Positions 13,791 to 29,239 of a stretch of 64,000 bases of DNA are shown here, in pieces. The stretch lies in assembly GCA_964016885.1 (NCBI GenBank), contig OZ024742.1:230330001-230394000 (forward strand), read 5' to 3'. Positions within the stretch are counted from its first letter, which is position 1; every line of letters starts with the position of its first letter. A program made the translations under genes and the position numbers. The stretch is from Eledone cirrhosa (Eukaryota). The notes beneath the pieces are model-generated. The model saw nothing but the letters and a program-made list of their open reading frames with translations. It ran no database searches and had not been told where the DNA came from.

Positions 13791-14188
13791 AGAGCCACGT
13801 GCCCCTTTTTGGCTGTGAAGCGGAGCGAAGGCAGGTGAAGCAGTGTTGGTCAAAGCCAAACTCGAGCCGCCTGAAAGAAGATCTGCATTTGATGTCGTCT
13901 TAGTTTCGTTGGATATTTGTATACTGGGGGGGACAGAATGGTCGTGTGTTGGTTTTACAATGTCCGCAGTTGTGCTCAAGGATGTGATTCTTTAACGAAT
14001 CTGCCAATTCATTACTGCATGGTGTGACACTTTATTTATCGACCCCGGGAAGAACTTCGCCTGGTTTGGAATAAAAATACACAAAACCAGATCAAACACC
14101 GCAATGCAACTTTGGAGGACATTCTAAAGTGTGTGACAAATATGGTGAAACATAAATAATTTTAACAATCTATAATATTATATGTACG

Positions 14189-14302
<114 letters not shown>

Positions 14303-15219
14303 AATTAAATCCTGTTTAGATAAACTAAGCTCTGGAGAATCAGAAGGCAACAATAAATTATAGATATTTATTACTATGTGAATATCTTTACGTGTAAACA
14401 TTCTTCAGCTGAAAAACATCACCCACGATCTGCAATTCACATCGGCATTGCTATTGAAAATATTTCAATTATTATAAGTCGGTTGAATATTACTTAATAT
14501 TTGGGAAGAATAATTCTTGTTCTTGCCAAATATTGATCTAATATAATTATATGCTTTGTTTGCAACGTTTAACCAATACATATACAAACCATTGAATTGT
14601 ATAAAATAACAAGAAAAACTGAGTTAATGCTGCCTAATATGTTTGGAGTTTATGCAGTGACCTATAAGAAACACAACTGTTATTTAGACATAAAATATAG
14701 GAAATCTAAATATTTGTTCAATGTCGCCATATATTTGATCTCGATATAGGGGAAGGGCTCGTTTCATACAGTAGAATTACATGTAAATATGTGTCTGCCG
14801 ATGCAGATACAGATGTATAAGCGATTGGGAACTCATTCATCACGATCGCAGTCATCATCAGCGTTTCAACGTTTTTGGTGTGGTCGTTTCATCGTCATTG
14901 GCGTCGTCGCCCTCGGTGTGCTCAGTGTAAAATATCATCTGCTATTAGTATGCTAAATACCATAGGTCGCTCTGTTTTCTATGCTTGATTACAGATGTGT
15001 ACACTGTGGGAAATCAATAATGAAAGGTCTTGCTGAAAGACACAACACGCCACCCAGTCTGGTGATCGTAAATAAGGTTTGGAGCCCGGGATATATATGC
15101 CATATATGCCATGAATATATGAACAAGCATGGAAACAGTGGAATAATGTAATTATTACGTTAGAAGATAATAGCTGTTTTCATTGTATATACATATGTAA
15201 GGGCAGTGGATTGGCAGTA

Positions 15220-15420
15220 TCGGTGGAGGGTCGGACACAATGCTTTGCAGCATAGAGTTACGGCCATTTATGATCTGAGTTCAAATCCCGCCCAGGTTAA
15301 CTTTACCTTTCGTCCTTATGGGGTCGGTAAAATAAAGTACCAGTCACGCACTGGGGTCGATTCAATCGACTTCCCCCCTCCTCCCAATTTGCTGGCCTTG
15401 TGACTATATAAGAAACCATT
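15220..15420 (+). mobile_element. SINE family A
   Basis: Full head, B-box, core and tail. Confidence 0.85.
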
Positions 15421-15861
15421 ATATATACATATTAGGAGAATTTTGGAAAATTTGAAAATATTGTCGACACAATACAGATAAATAAAATAGTTGAATAAAG
15501 TGTATGATATCTGCAGGGAAACCAACGACATATCTGTCATATGCAGGTACTACTATTCACTTTGTTTCCGTCTCTAGGCTTACTATACCTAATTTCTCTA
15601 ACTATATTCTTATATCTGTTGTTATTAATATAGTTACCCGTATTGTCTTAACTATATATTCAAATATAAATAAATATACAAACACACATCGTGTATCCTT
15701 ATGTCTGATAGTAGATTTCTGAATCTATATGACCTGTCAGATGGCAATAACTTCAGGGTCATTACGTTTGCTGAAATAACTCACACACACAAAAACACGC
15801 ACTCACACTCAAACACAGACACAGACACAGACACAGACACACACACACGCATGTATGCGCG

Positions 15862-15913
<52 letters not shown>

Positions 15914-16234
15914 TACTGCAGCAAGTCCAAATCCTGTACTGTTTGCTGCGTTAGTGAATATACTAACAACGTTGATGACGTAATTGTATAAATATATATA
16001 GATATAGATAAATAACTGCTACATGAAGAATTTATATGGAACTATAATGAAGTGAAGCTTTCAATCATTAAAAATAGGCGTGGTTACAAAAGGAAGATGT
16101 CAGCTTGTTCCAAGATCAACTGTATCGTATAACCATCACTATTTCTGTTATTAATGTTGTATCCGTTCCATTTGTATCCATCCATCGGAACATATATACA
16201 ATATGCATACATGCATGGGTTATATTCTTATATA

Positions 16235-16281
<47 letters not shown>

Positions 16282-16439
16282 ACGCATGCGTGTATATTTG
16301 TGGAGACAGATGGAGAGTAACAGTACGAGTGAATAAGGAAGACAGATGAGTAACGAATGATCAAGATACAGACAATAGTCAAAGTGAGAAATAGATGGCG
16401 GCTGCGTGAGCCGGCGGGCAAGTGTGTGAGCGCACGCGC

Positions 16440-16499
<60 letters not shown>

Positions 16500-16617
16500 A
16501 AAACAAATAAACAGACAGACAGAATGAAAGTTATGAGGATTTTTATTACGTTTATTTCCTGCGTGTGATCAAGAATCAAGTATATATATATATATAGAGA
16601 GAGATATATATATATAC

Positions 16618-16814
16618 ATTGTTATGCTTTGGGAGGGTCATGTTGCCAGTAAGAAACACACGCACCAGATGCTTTCACTCCAATTTATTATAAATTAAAT
16701 TTATAAATTTAAGAATTTATAAATTTCCGGTTGGTTGGTTGGTTCCATAACCGGACGGTTGTTCATATATTGTCAAAGTTCTTTCGTCACACATTCTGTG
16801 ACCTCTTCAGTGGC
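16618..16814 (-). mobile_element. Family Q insertion ending in a hammerhead motif (16772-16814)
   Basis: GCCA-CUGAAGA-gGUCAC(agaaugu)GUGAC-GAAA-gaac-UU-UGAC; near-identical to 51362-51555. Confidence 0.6.
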
Positions 16815-16954
16815 TGGGGATTCTTGCTAAACAAATTCAGAAACGAAATATATATATATATACATATATATACATATATATACATATATATACATATATT
16901 GTGCCTAAAGTGGTTATTTTTAATATATACATAAACACACACATACAACGTCCC

Positions 16955-17200
<246 letters not shown>

Positions 17201-17211
17201 ATATATATGTT

Positions 17212-17244
<33 letters not shown>

Positions 17245-17251
17245 TTATATA

Positions 17252-17520
<269 letters not shown>

Positions 17521-19739
17521 TTTCTGTGTCTATATAATACATAGCTCTATGGGATTCACTGTGTCTATAGACTATATAGATATGTGGCATTCAATGTAAG
17601 AAGTTACTATGTAATATTCATTTGGTGTGTATGAATTAATTGTCTACATCATTTATAGATATATGATAATTATTGTGTTAATGTAACAAATATCTGTAAA
17701 TAATGATTATGTAAGCAAACAAGTGTAGGCTGGGTTTGAATTATTAAATCAACAAATATTCTGTGACTGATGATTTTATAGCAATGTGAAGTACTTTATA
17801 ATACTAATAAGAAACAACCTTTATATAACGGGTTAGTGCAATGCTAAAACACTGACACAATTTTAATCTGAAATTTAAACAATTTCACTTGCCAAGGTCA
17901 TTTATTGTCACATCTTGTAAGCTCTCAGTTCGCATTCCACTCACTGAAATATTTTTGTAAATAGTAGAAAAGGAAGCAGTTTAAAATTCATGTTTCATTA
18001 CTTTCAACAAATATTTTTATTTTCTAACTTTATATGTTTGTTCCTCGGTAAATTTCGACAATGATCACTTAGCAGCTGGAGTAGCTGAAAATCATAATAG
18101 TAATATCAAGGCGTATATTTCAATACCAAGGTTGTGTATTTCAAAGGTAATTCTCAAATAGAATAAGTCTGGCACAATATATACCAAAGCTGAACATTAA
18201 AAGCACAGATACAATCAGTCCGACGAACCTTCATACGTTTTCTGTTATCCAATTTTATCCGAAAATCTGAGATTAACCAAAATGCCGTAAACCCTTTTAA
18301 CACTCAGCCATAAATAAACTAAATATATAAATGTTCATATAAATCCATGCCTGTTTTATATTTTACATCTCGAGAAAATTCACTATGCATTTACTAATTA
18401 CACGTTTTAGAACTGACACGCAATATCCCCGTGTTTTATAAAAGACGATTAGAATGGTAGGCGCCTGGAAGGCTACCCAACCGAAAAATATTCTCCATGA
18501 GGTTATAATTAAGACTGCCATAGGGCTACCAAGGATAAATTTTGTTTTAGCATGAGAATCAAACTTAAAACATTGGTTATATACACTGTGTATATCATGA
18601 AATAACTACTGCTTTGTTTTCATTTTATCATTTATGCAAAACTCGAACGGGATTACTGTTTTAATCAATTCTTAATGTTTGAAATTATGGAATGAAGCAG
18701 AACTATAACCTCACAGACAATAGGCGTGTGTATTTGTGACAGAATGTAACGTAAACTATGAAAGAACATCAATATTGACGTGCTGTTGCAATTTAGATAA
18801 CGTAATGATAAAATGACTTGTAAATTGTTGAATAGCTATTTAAACTTCTTGTCCGTTTACACTCCTTTGAGGATTGCGATGTAAATAATGACAGAGATAA
18901 CATTTATAGATTCTCCTATATATACATAATCTGACTTTAAAATTACATCATTGGATGCAAAAACTGTTTAATCTTTTACAATTGGAATGAAACCCTTGGA
19001 TCTAATACTGGACATTTTCTTATTTGTTATCATGGAATACAAATGAATTCAGAAATTCCTTATTCGTTTATACTTTCACTGGCTTCAGTCACTTGATAAA
19101 TCTTACTGGGGTAACGCATTGGGAGATTTATACTGTGGACCACAGTACTAACTTTATGAAGCCTGACACTTATTTTATGAATCTCTTTCTTTTGTTGAGA
19201 AGGACAAGATGGCGGAAGAATTGAAAAAGAAACATTTTTTTTTCTAATAGTAGTGGTATGAATATATTCTTAAACTGTTGCCCGGAGGTATGTTCACGAA
19301 AATGTACGTCATGAAAATAAAAGACAAATTTCACAAGTGAAATGGTCAAAAATAAGTGGATATCGATTTTTCAAGATTGACAAAGATAGAAACGATGCCG
19401 AGACTATATGTTGAAAAACTTATTAAGAGTAAAAAGGGTAATAATAAGAATAATAATGAGCATGCGTTGGAGGAGGAGTAGAAACTGATTAAAATTCATT
19501 AAATGATTATAAATAATTCTAAGTTATTTTCGAAAGGACAAAAATGGTGGGTGCTAAACGAGAGAGAGAGAGAAAGAGAGAGAGAGAGGGGGGGTATGTC
19601 TACCGTAGTTTTGATTGCGACGTTCCATTTAACTGTTTTCTATTTATATATTATAATATAAATGTCCTTTCTTATAGCCAATACATTCTAACAAGAATTT
19701 TGTTGAGGAAAACTGTGAATCTCGTTAATCATTTGTTTC

Positions 19740-20215
19740 TCCAATCCCAAATCATCCCACCATCACATGACATATGCAGCTGAGACTACTTTGGCATTCA
19801 AATCTCCTAAAACCACGAGGATGTAATTCCGGGAGCTATCTTCAAGATTATTTCCTGGTCATAGTACTCTCCAAAAGCATCATCATCATACTCGAATGTT
19901 GGTGCATAGATTTCTATGCTGGTAATATTCTGTGGTATTGCAGTCACGCGCGTGCTGATGAGGCTGGCTCTTGGTGTAACGGCTGGCGACTGAGCTCACT
20001 CAGGTTTTGTTAGTAATGAACCCCACTCCATGTTTGGGGTTGGTGTCACCACCGCTGTATCACAGTTTGTGGCCTTCATCTGTATTTGTCTCACCAAATC
20101 CAATCAACCTGACTTCAGCCAGCTCTGAGATATCCTATGTGCATCTGTAAGTTCATGAAAGTTCTTTCGTTCTTCCACAAGAATTTTGAGTGCGGACGTT
20201 CCATTTCCCAAAGAC
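19740..20215 (-). pseudogene. AP-endonuclease domain of an RTE/BovB-like LINE
   Basis: WNVRT..ELAEVRLIGFGETNTDEGHKL*YSG..KHGVGF..NITSIEIYAPT..ILVVLGDLNAKV, with stops and frameshifts. Confidence 0.85.
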
Positions 20216-20615
20216 AATATTTTCTTGATAAAACTGATCGTTCTTGATGTGGATGTCATTGTCATTATGGTAGTCATCTTATTTACAAATTGATCACCCC
20301 CACCCTAGAAAATAGAGGTGGAGAGTGCAGTCATTAGTTTTCCGCGCCTCGACAGATCAGTCATGTTATTTGACTGTGTCTCTATCAAGGCATTTCAGTC
20401 AGCCTTAGGACGATTGGTGTGCCCATCTCTCTGCAAGCAACACATCATTAACTTTAACCTGCCAGCAGAAGCAGTTTGTGGAGAGTGGCTAAAAATGTTT
20501 TCGGTGCCAATAGTATGAGTTAGGCGAAAACCGCCAAGGAAACATACCAAGGAATGCCGCCCCATTATCTTTGTATATACATTTGTAAATCTATGTCGGT
20601 GTTTTTCTCTATCTG

Positions 20616-20702
<87 letters not shown>

Positions 20703-20706
<4 letters not shown>

Positions 20707-20949
20707 GGAAAAAATATGAAATCGAAAATGCAACTGGAGTCTTTTTCAGAATATTTATTTGTTTCCTTTACCGGTTTCAGTCTTCTTATGCTTTTCAAAA
20801 GTAGAATTGTGATGGACGGGAAAAACCACAAACCCTCCATCTCAATTGTAGTTTTGAAAAGCATAAGAACTGTGAAACGGGTAAAGGAAACAAATACATA
20901 TTCTTAAAAAGTCGCTAGATGCATTTTCGACTACATCTGTTTTCCTTAT
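20703..20949. mobile_element. Fold-back insertion, both arms carrying a hammerhead 3' half
   Basis: About 115-bp imperfect arms centred near 20826; arms read GAAA-ccgg-UA (minus) and GAAA-cggg-UA (plus); no CUGANGA. Confidence 0.7.
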
Positions 20950-21053
20950 ACCTTCACTCGTGTAGGAAGCGCATTTTTTTTTTCAATTTAAAAAAAAATC
21001 CTTTCTGATATATATATATATATATATATATAGATAGAGAGAGAGAGAGAGAT

Positions 21054-21342
<289 letters not shown>

Positions 21343-21669
21343 GTGTGTGTGTGTGTGTGTGTATATATATAATGAAATCTATCATACACTCAATTTATAT
21401 ACAAATACTATAATAATCAAATAAATATCAAGTTACCCCAGAGTCGATTGCTAATCCAATCTCATTATTGGAAGGATAGACCTGTGTACATATAACCAAC
21501 ACTTACATACAAATCTGCGTTATTCTATGATATTACCTGTTACCTGATAATGCTATTGTTTAACTAACCACAGTTGCCGATCGGTGATTGAATTTTATGA
21601 GCAACGAGCATGAAAATCTCTTGATTTTATATTGGCAAAACCATACTCCTACCATACACACAGACAAAC

Positions 21670-21713
<44 letters not shown>

Positions 21714-21731
21714 ATAGAGACAGAGAGAGAA

Positions 21732-21775
<44 letters not shown>

Positions 21776-21787
21776 ATAGAGACAGAA

Positions 21788-21849
<62 letters not shown>

Positions 21850-21869
21850 TTGTATATATATATATAGAT

Positions 21870-21909
<40 letters not shown>

Positions 21910-22276
21910 AATAGATAGGTATGGATATATATACTGTATACACAGGATATTATACAGCTGTTTAATCGCAGATTATAGATGATATGCTTATTGTCCATAA
22001 GATTCGGTCGGTGTCCGCGAAGCTATTATGACTATCTGATTAGGATAAAAATTGATGTTATCAGTGACAAAAATACAATTGAATTATACTTAGAACCATA
22101 CTAATTCTACAATCCAGAATTGCCTGTGCCGTCATTACAAATATATTACGTATAGCAGAAACTAGTAGCAGAGGATAATAACTACTTTTGAGTAGGGAAT
22201 ATTATGTTAAGTTTCGAATATGTCATGAATTATGTTTGGATGTTGTTGTCGACGCGAGAATACTCACAGAGGGACA

Positions 22277-22353
<77 letters not shown>

Positions 22354-22354
22354 G

Positions 22355-22407
<53 letters not shown>

Positions 22408-22416
22408 ATATATATG

Positions 22417-22574
<158 letters not shown>

Positions 22575-22884
22575 TATATAAATGGAAGATATGATCTCAC
22601 GCAGTTACTGATAACTTTCATATCAGTGGAGATTGCAACATTCATCGGTAGCCATTAACAGTAATATTACTTCTGAATGCTATGGAAAATCTATGATGAT
22701 CATTTTCTATTTTGATTTTGAATCTTTTGTTGATTGTACATTCCGATCTTTATAGCTGCAGTCGTAGAAATTAGATATTTGCGTGGAGAGGTAAGCTGTC
22801 ATCCTGGGCACTTACATCATTTCTTATTTCTCTTTATAGTGTTGCATAGCGTTCTCCTCTGTTTCCTCAATAACTTTTCAGCAG

Positions 22885-22975
<91 letters not shown>

Positions 22976-23059
22976 ATCCACCCACACACACACACGCACT
23001 TAGACATACACATACAAAGAGGCAGAGAGAGAGAGAGAGAGAGAGAGAAATCCATCCAC

Positions 23060-23330
23060 TGCACCTCCACGAATGTCTTCTACGGGTTCCAATGTACGCT
23101 ATATGCGGCCGTCTACATTGCCCAAACAAACGTCGATTAACGGACAGTTTTGTCGAGACATCAGACTGAACCACCAGTGTACACTCAACCAATATCTCTA
23201 TTCTGTCGGACACTTCATCCACCACCTTATACCTTTCGGTCTTCTTGACTGCCCCGGATACCCAGAGTTTCGCCTCAGGATAGATCAGCACATTATATTT
23301 TCAAATCTTTACCACAAACGGCCTAAATAC
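23060..23330 (+). pseudogene. Degenerate GIY-YIG endonuclease of a Penelope-like element (Penelope/Poseidon/Neptune type)
   Basis: CTSTNVFYGFQCTLYAAVYIAQT..RRL...GH..HHL..FGL...NGLN with frameshifts. Confidence 0.7.
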
Positions 23331-24859
23331 ACCACCTCTTTTCCTCTAGTCAGTTTTTTCCTAACTCCACCTCCCTTCCACTCTCACATCATCACACATG
23401 GATACACAAATACACACACTAACACGACCATAGATACATAAACTCAATTAATTATAGTAACACAACTAATTGATTAATTGTACTAACATAACCAATAAAA
23501 TAAACTAACACAACTAATAAAAAAAACAAAAACTTACAGACTAATTAAACAATACTAATAACACTAACACTTCTAATTAAATAACACCACTAATTAAATA
23601 AAACCAAACAATTCATCAATGAAACTAACATGACCCCCACACACACCAGACGTACAACCACCGCCAGAACTAATACCACCAACGTAAACAAACACAAATA
23701 AAACAACATCACAGTGACACCTAGAAACTACTCTAACTCCTTGTCCCGTGACACCATATATTAAGTCTACTCTCCCTCTCTCTCTCTCTCTTTGGAAGAT
23801 ACACACAACCTGCTCGAACACACCTACATTTCTCTGTTGGTGTGCTACATACACCCACTGTACCGCCCCCTCTTCCTATCTGGTCACTAGTTACCACATC
23901 ACTTCCTGAGCCATCGCATAATTTTTATCACAAACTCTGGATATCTTCTCAATTGTTTCAAACACCCGAACGTGGATATGGACAGTGATACGCAAACTAA
24001 TAACCGCAGAAACTTACCCAAACAGGCCCTCACTGAGAACACCCATAAACACAGCCACATACACAAGGACACGTGTACAAACAAGCACACCAAACTACAA
24101 AAAAAATTAGAATCACTAATATACACGTACACACACTTCCATCAACAATACACAACACACACATAAAGCACTCCTTCTGCGCACGCACGCGTTATAATAC
24201 CAATGATACACTTGAACTCACCACCTTAACCTGATATGAACTCATGAAGTAAACACCCGTAACAATCTTGTTGGGCGTTCTGGGCGACACTAACGAATCG
24301 GCCAACACACTGTCATTGCTTAAAGTTAAATAATAGCCACTAAGTGTGTTGATTGCTATTATGAGACGTAACATTTAGATAATTTTTTCTTAACATTCTT
24401 TTAAACAGCCTTTAATATCTTTCAGTAATTTGCGTTATTGCGATTTTCATAATCACCACTGTTGGTAAAACAACATAAATACAATTTAAACATTAAACAA
24501 GAAAAAATATATAAAGTTAGCTATAGTTGTTGAATGTAGTAGTGCACTTAGAAACGTTGAACGAGGTTTTAGATTATCAACTATTAAAGAATTAAGTTCT
24601 TGAGATGGAAATAGATGTAACATTAATGATAGACAAAGTAATATCATCACAAACAAATATAAAGTAGCTTCCTACTTATACAAAGTAAAACAATATAAAA
24701 ACTACGAGGAGCCAACGTTTCATTTTAAAAGGGAAGGGGGGAAAAAGAAGAAAAACTGAAAGCATCACGTGATACGAAACGGAAACCATTTAATGCATCA
24801 TTCAAATTCACAATTAATTCTTTCCAACACGCAAAGAATCTACTGTTTCCATGTGACTA

Positions 24860-24860
24860 T

Positions 24861-24896
<36 letters not shown>

Positions 24897-25103
24897 TACT
24901 ACTACTACTACTACTACTTGTGCTGTTTCTTCTTATTCTACTACTAATACTGCTGCTGCTGTTGCTGCTGCTACTACTAGAAACCACCTCTACTCCTCCT
25001 CCTATTACTACTGCAACCACCACCTCCTCTCCTCCTCCTCCTATTACTACTACTACCACCACCACCACCTCCACTACTACTATTACTACTACTACTACTA
25101 CTA
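24860..25103. repeat. Compound trinucleotide microsatellite (ACT/GCT/CCT/CCA)n
   Basis: Seen directly. Confidence 0.95.
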
Positions 25104-25701
25104 TGAGCCAAAGACCTTCAACACAACACTAGTTTCTACATTTGGCATAAAGCTAGCAATTGGAAGGGAAGGGGAAAGTTGATTAAATCAACCCCAGTGC
25201 GTTACTGGTACTTTATAATGAAAGGCAATGTTAACTTCGACTCAGAACTTAAAAAGCCGTAATAATTATTGGCGGTTTAACGATTATTCCACAAAGTTAC
25301 TGATTTTCCCTTTGTGTACAATGTCGATTATGAATAATTGACGCTATATTTTATCGAACCCAAATAGATGAAAGGCAAAGATGACAGAGGCAAGATTTAA
25401 CTCAAAATCTGTAGTGCACGGATTAACATTGACGCTTATAATGGTTTCTGATTCAGGCATAAACCAATCATTTTGGGGGTAGAGGGGAAAGTCAATTAAA
25501 CCATCACCACTGCGTTACTGGTAATTTATTTTACCGACTCCGCAAGGAGTCTAAATTGATGTCGGCGGGATTTTTAACACAGAAAGATGGAACGAATAAC
25601 AAAAACATCCCATCCGACATTCTAATGGCTCGGCCAATTTGAATAACAATTTCTTTATTGTCCGAAATGACCGACATATAGGGTCATAATAAAAAAGACA
25701 A

Positions 25702-25740
<39 letters not shown>

Positions 25741-25777
25741 GAAAGATTTGAATGGATACAGTTTAGTTGAAAGGAAT

Positions 25778-25897
25778 TTATTGACACGTGTTTCTATAAC
25801 AGTTACATAACCTAAAACAGCTGCTATCTACAAACTTTTAGTTATGCAGACATTCAATATTTCAATGTTATTATTTACTGTCATTTCATCAGAATAA
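25778..25897 (-). ncRNA. Hammerhead with 91-nt helix II domain (inverted copy)
   Basis: Reverse complement of 28549-28668. Confidence 0.75.
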
Positions 25898-26461
25898 TAT
25901 TACTGAGGACCTATTTAGTTTTTATAGAGAATATTAGGAGGGAGGGGTGAAGTTGTTAGAAGAATAGTTGAAGGAGTGGTTTTTCGATAGCAGTGAGAAT
26001 TCTTGGTGGCAGTGAGTAATTAGATTCCCATCTGTTGTTTTGACATTTTTTATAGAATATATTATTGGTTATTTTTCTAAATCTATAGAAGGATTAGAGA
26101 TAGTAAAGATATGCGTGGTTGGTTTTGTGTTTGCACTTAATTAACATTCAGACTTAAATTTTTCTTTCAAGTGTACGTATCCTTTCACCCACGCATTCAT
26201 ACACACATATATTTGCACACCTCTACAAAATACATATACTCACAATTCACATATTCATACTTACATATATATATACACATGCATACACATATATATACAC
26301 ACATGTATTCATGTACATACATACGCGCTCATGTGTATACATTTTCATACTCAACTTATCTTTATATACACACGTATAGACATACACATATATACATACA
26401 TACTCTAGTCCATGTGTACACACATACACATACATACACATCTATATACACATACATACAT

Positions 26462-26604
<143 letters not shown>

Positions 26605-26650
26605 CACTTTAATACATGAATACACTTACATCTAACTATACACATCAAAC

Positions 26651-27656
26651 ATTTCCCTTAGAATCTCGGGTCTATCTTCTAACATACAAGTATTTAAGGA
26701 ACACGCCGAGTACTACGATAACGCCCTTAGTAAAGCAGGCTACCTCAACAAAATAGAGTACATAGATGGGAACAATCAAAACACCCAAAATAAATCCCAC
26801 ATAGGTAGATATAATAACACAACACCAAACCACACTTACTACCATAGTATGCACACCAGTAAACCAACAAACAAAACTAATAGAAAGCGATGCAAAGAGT
26901 ACTTATGGTATAACCCCGAATACAATAGTTCCATTAGTACAAATTTACCAGTACTCTTCTTTAAAATAATTAAAAGACATTTTCCCACATCACACAAATA
27001 CCACAAAATCCTAAACCCTACCACTATAAGACTGTCATACTCTACAGCGTTAAACCTTGAACAACACATAAAAAAGATCAATACTAGAAGGTTAAACGAA
27101 AACACTAAGAACTTAAGTACAAAGAACACAAAAAAAAACAGTAGACAATACACTACAGAACATAAATAAACCACACCTAAGTTCGTCCGCAATACTACTC
27201 CAGAGAAAACCCAACGTACACAACTGTAACTGCACCTATCCTGACAACTGCCCCCTCGGCAATAACTGCCTGGAAAAAAATATTATTTATAAGTGTACCA
27301 TTAAATCCGGAGGCAACGAGTGGTATTACGTGGGATCAACGGCAACATCGTTTAAATCTCGATTGTATAGGCATTCTTACTCAATAAAACACCAGAGCCA
27401 AAGAAATGTAACAACTTTAGCAGAAAAAGCTTGGATGCTCAGGGATAGCGATCAAAAGTTTACCCTAAAATGGGAAAAATTAGCTAAAACCCAAAGCTTT
27501 TCCAGGAGCCAAAATTTCTGCAAATTGTGTAATCTTGAGATTTATTACATAATCACACACAAGAAGAAACTGCTGAATAACAGAATTGAACGAACATTAT
27601 TCTGCCGTCACAGAACTAAAACCCTTTTTTCCCACTACAAGCCGAATATTACATAA
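26651..27656 (+). pseudogene. PLE RT-thumb/linker plus GIY-YIG endonuclease (Naiad-like), one frameshift probably at the A-run near 27130
   Basis: [48 protein letters not shown] / CNCTYPDNCPLGNNCLEKNIIYKC..YYVGSTATSFKSRLYRH..CKLCNLE..LLN.R.E..CRH; the CxCx5C linker and CxxC before the catalytic E are Naiad features. Confidence 0.9.
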
Positions 27657-27943
27657 AAGAGGGACATCCCCCAACTATATAAACCTTAATCTAGTTAGAA
27701 AAATATAAAAACAATCTCTTCTCAACATATATTAATAACCTTAAATTACCACACTAATAATGGAAAGATATGCTGATGAGAATAGGTGCAAATATGCGAT
27801 AATGAATGTGTCTAAAAACGTCCATAAGTATGTATATATATGTGAAAATGTATATAAATAAGTATATATATATATATGTTTGATGTGTATAGTTAGATGT
27901 AAGTGTATTCATGTATTAAAGTGATTATATATATATATCTATA

Positions 27944-27988
<45 letters not shown>

Positions 27989-28548
27989 ATGTATGTGTAT
28001 ATAGATGTGTATGTATGTGCATGTGTGTACACATGGACTAGAGTATGTATGTATATATGTGTATGTCTATACGTGTGTATATAAAGATAAGTTGAGTATG
28101 AAAATGTATACACATGAGCGCGTATGTATGTACATGAATACATGTGTGTATATATATGTGTATGCATGTGTATATATATATGTAAGTATGAATATGTGAA
28201 TTGTGAGTATATGTATTTTGTAGAGGTGTGCAAATATATGTGTGTATGAATGCGTGGGTGAAAGGATACGTACACTTGAAAGAAAAATTTAAGTCTGAAT
28301 GTTAATTAAGTGCAAACACAAAACCAACCACGCATATCTTTACTATCTCTAATCCTTCTATAGATTTAGAAAAATAACCAATAATATATTCTATAAAAAA
28401 TGTCAAAACAACAGATGGGAATCTAATTACTCACTGCCACCAAGAATTCTCACTGCTATCGAAAAACCACTCCTTCAACTATTCTTCTAACAACTTCACC
28501 CCTCCCTCCTAATATTCTCTATAAAAACTAAATAGGTCCTCAGTAATA

Positions 28549-28668
28549 TTATTCTGATGAAATGACAGTAAATAATAACATTGAAATATTGAATGTCTGC
28601 ATAACTAAAAGTTTGTAGATAGCAGCTGTTTTAGGTTATGTAACTGTTATAGAAACACGTGTCAATAA
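28549..28668 (+). ncRNA. Type I hammerhead with 91-nt branched helix II domain in the PLE 3' region
   Basis: UUAUU-CUGAUGA(28554-60)-aAUGACAGU...ACUGUUAUa-GAAA(28652-55)-cacgug-UC-AAUAA. Confidence 0.75.
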
Positions 28669-28817
28669 ATTCCTTTCAACTAAACTGTATCCATTCAAAT
28701 CTTTCTATTTTCTCCGGATTACTTTTGGAACTACAACTGGAACCGTCGAGCAAACTCTACGTGAGCTGATAATCTACTGTGTGTAATATTTATATTACAA
28801 CACAACGGAAAATACTG

Positions 28818-28849
<32 letters not shown>

Positions 28850-28856
28850 TATATGT

Positions 28857-29154
28857 ATAAGCAAAGGGATATTTAATTTGTTGGTAATTCAACAAATATA
28901 TATATTTATAACAGATTCGAAGCACTAGACAGTTTTTCCTATAATATCAATGATATTAAAAAATGGAAACTATATTTATAAAACCATATTTATTCTATTA
29001 TATATATTTCAAGGGTACCAAAACTTTGGTACGCCCTCATCAGATAAAATACAAATTCATCTGATGAGGGCGTACCAAAGTTTTGGTACCCTTGAAATAT
29101 ATATAATAGAATAAATATAGTTTTATAAATATAGTTTCCATTTATCAATATCAT

Positions 29155-29160
<6 letters not shown>
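28857..29160. mobile_element. Fold-back insertion with two divergent hammerheads (28991-29051 minus, 29056-29112 plus)
   Basis: Both arms read CUGAUGA-gggcguaccaaaguuuugguacccuu-GAAA-uauaua-UA-auagaa; 13-bp central spacer; (TA)n flanks. Confidence 0.85.

Positions 29161-29239
<79 letters not shown>

Noticed and set aside
21544-21625. CUGAUAA..GAAA with a long hairpin between
   Set aside because: C3/A8 mismatch and no helix I or III.
28557-28590. Possible SECIS (AUGA..AAA..UGA), since some Naiads encode selenoproteins
   Set aside because: The helix is too short, the AUGA belongs to the hammerhead core, and the linker and endonuclease Cys codons I read are TGT/TGC.
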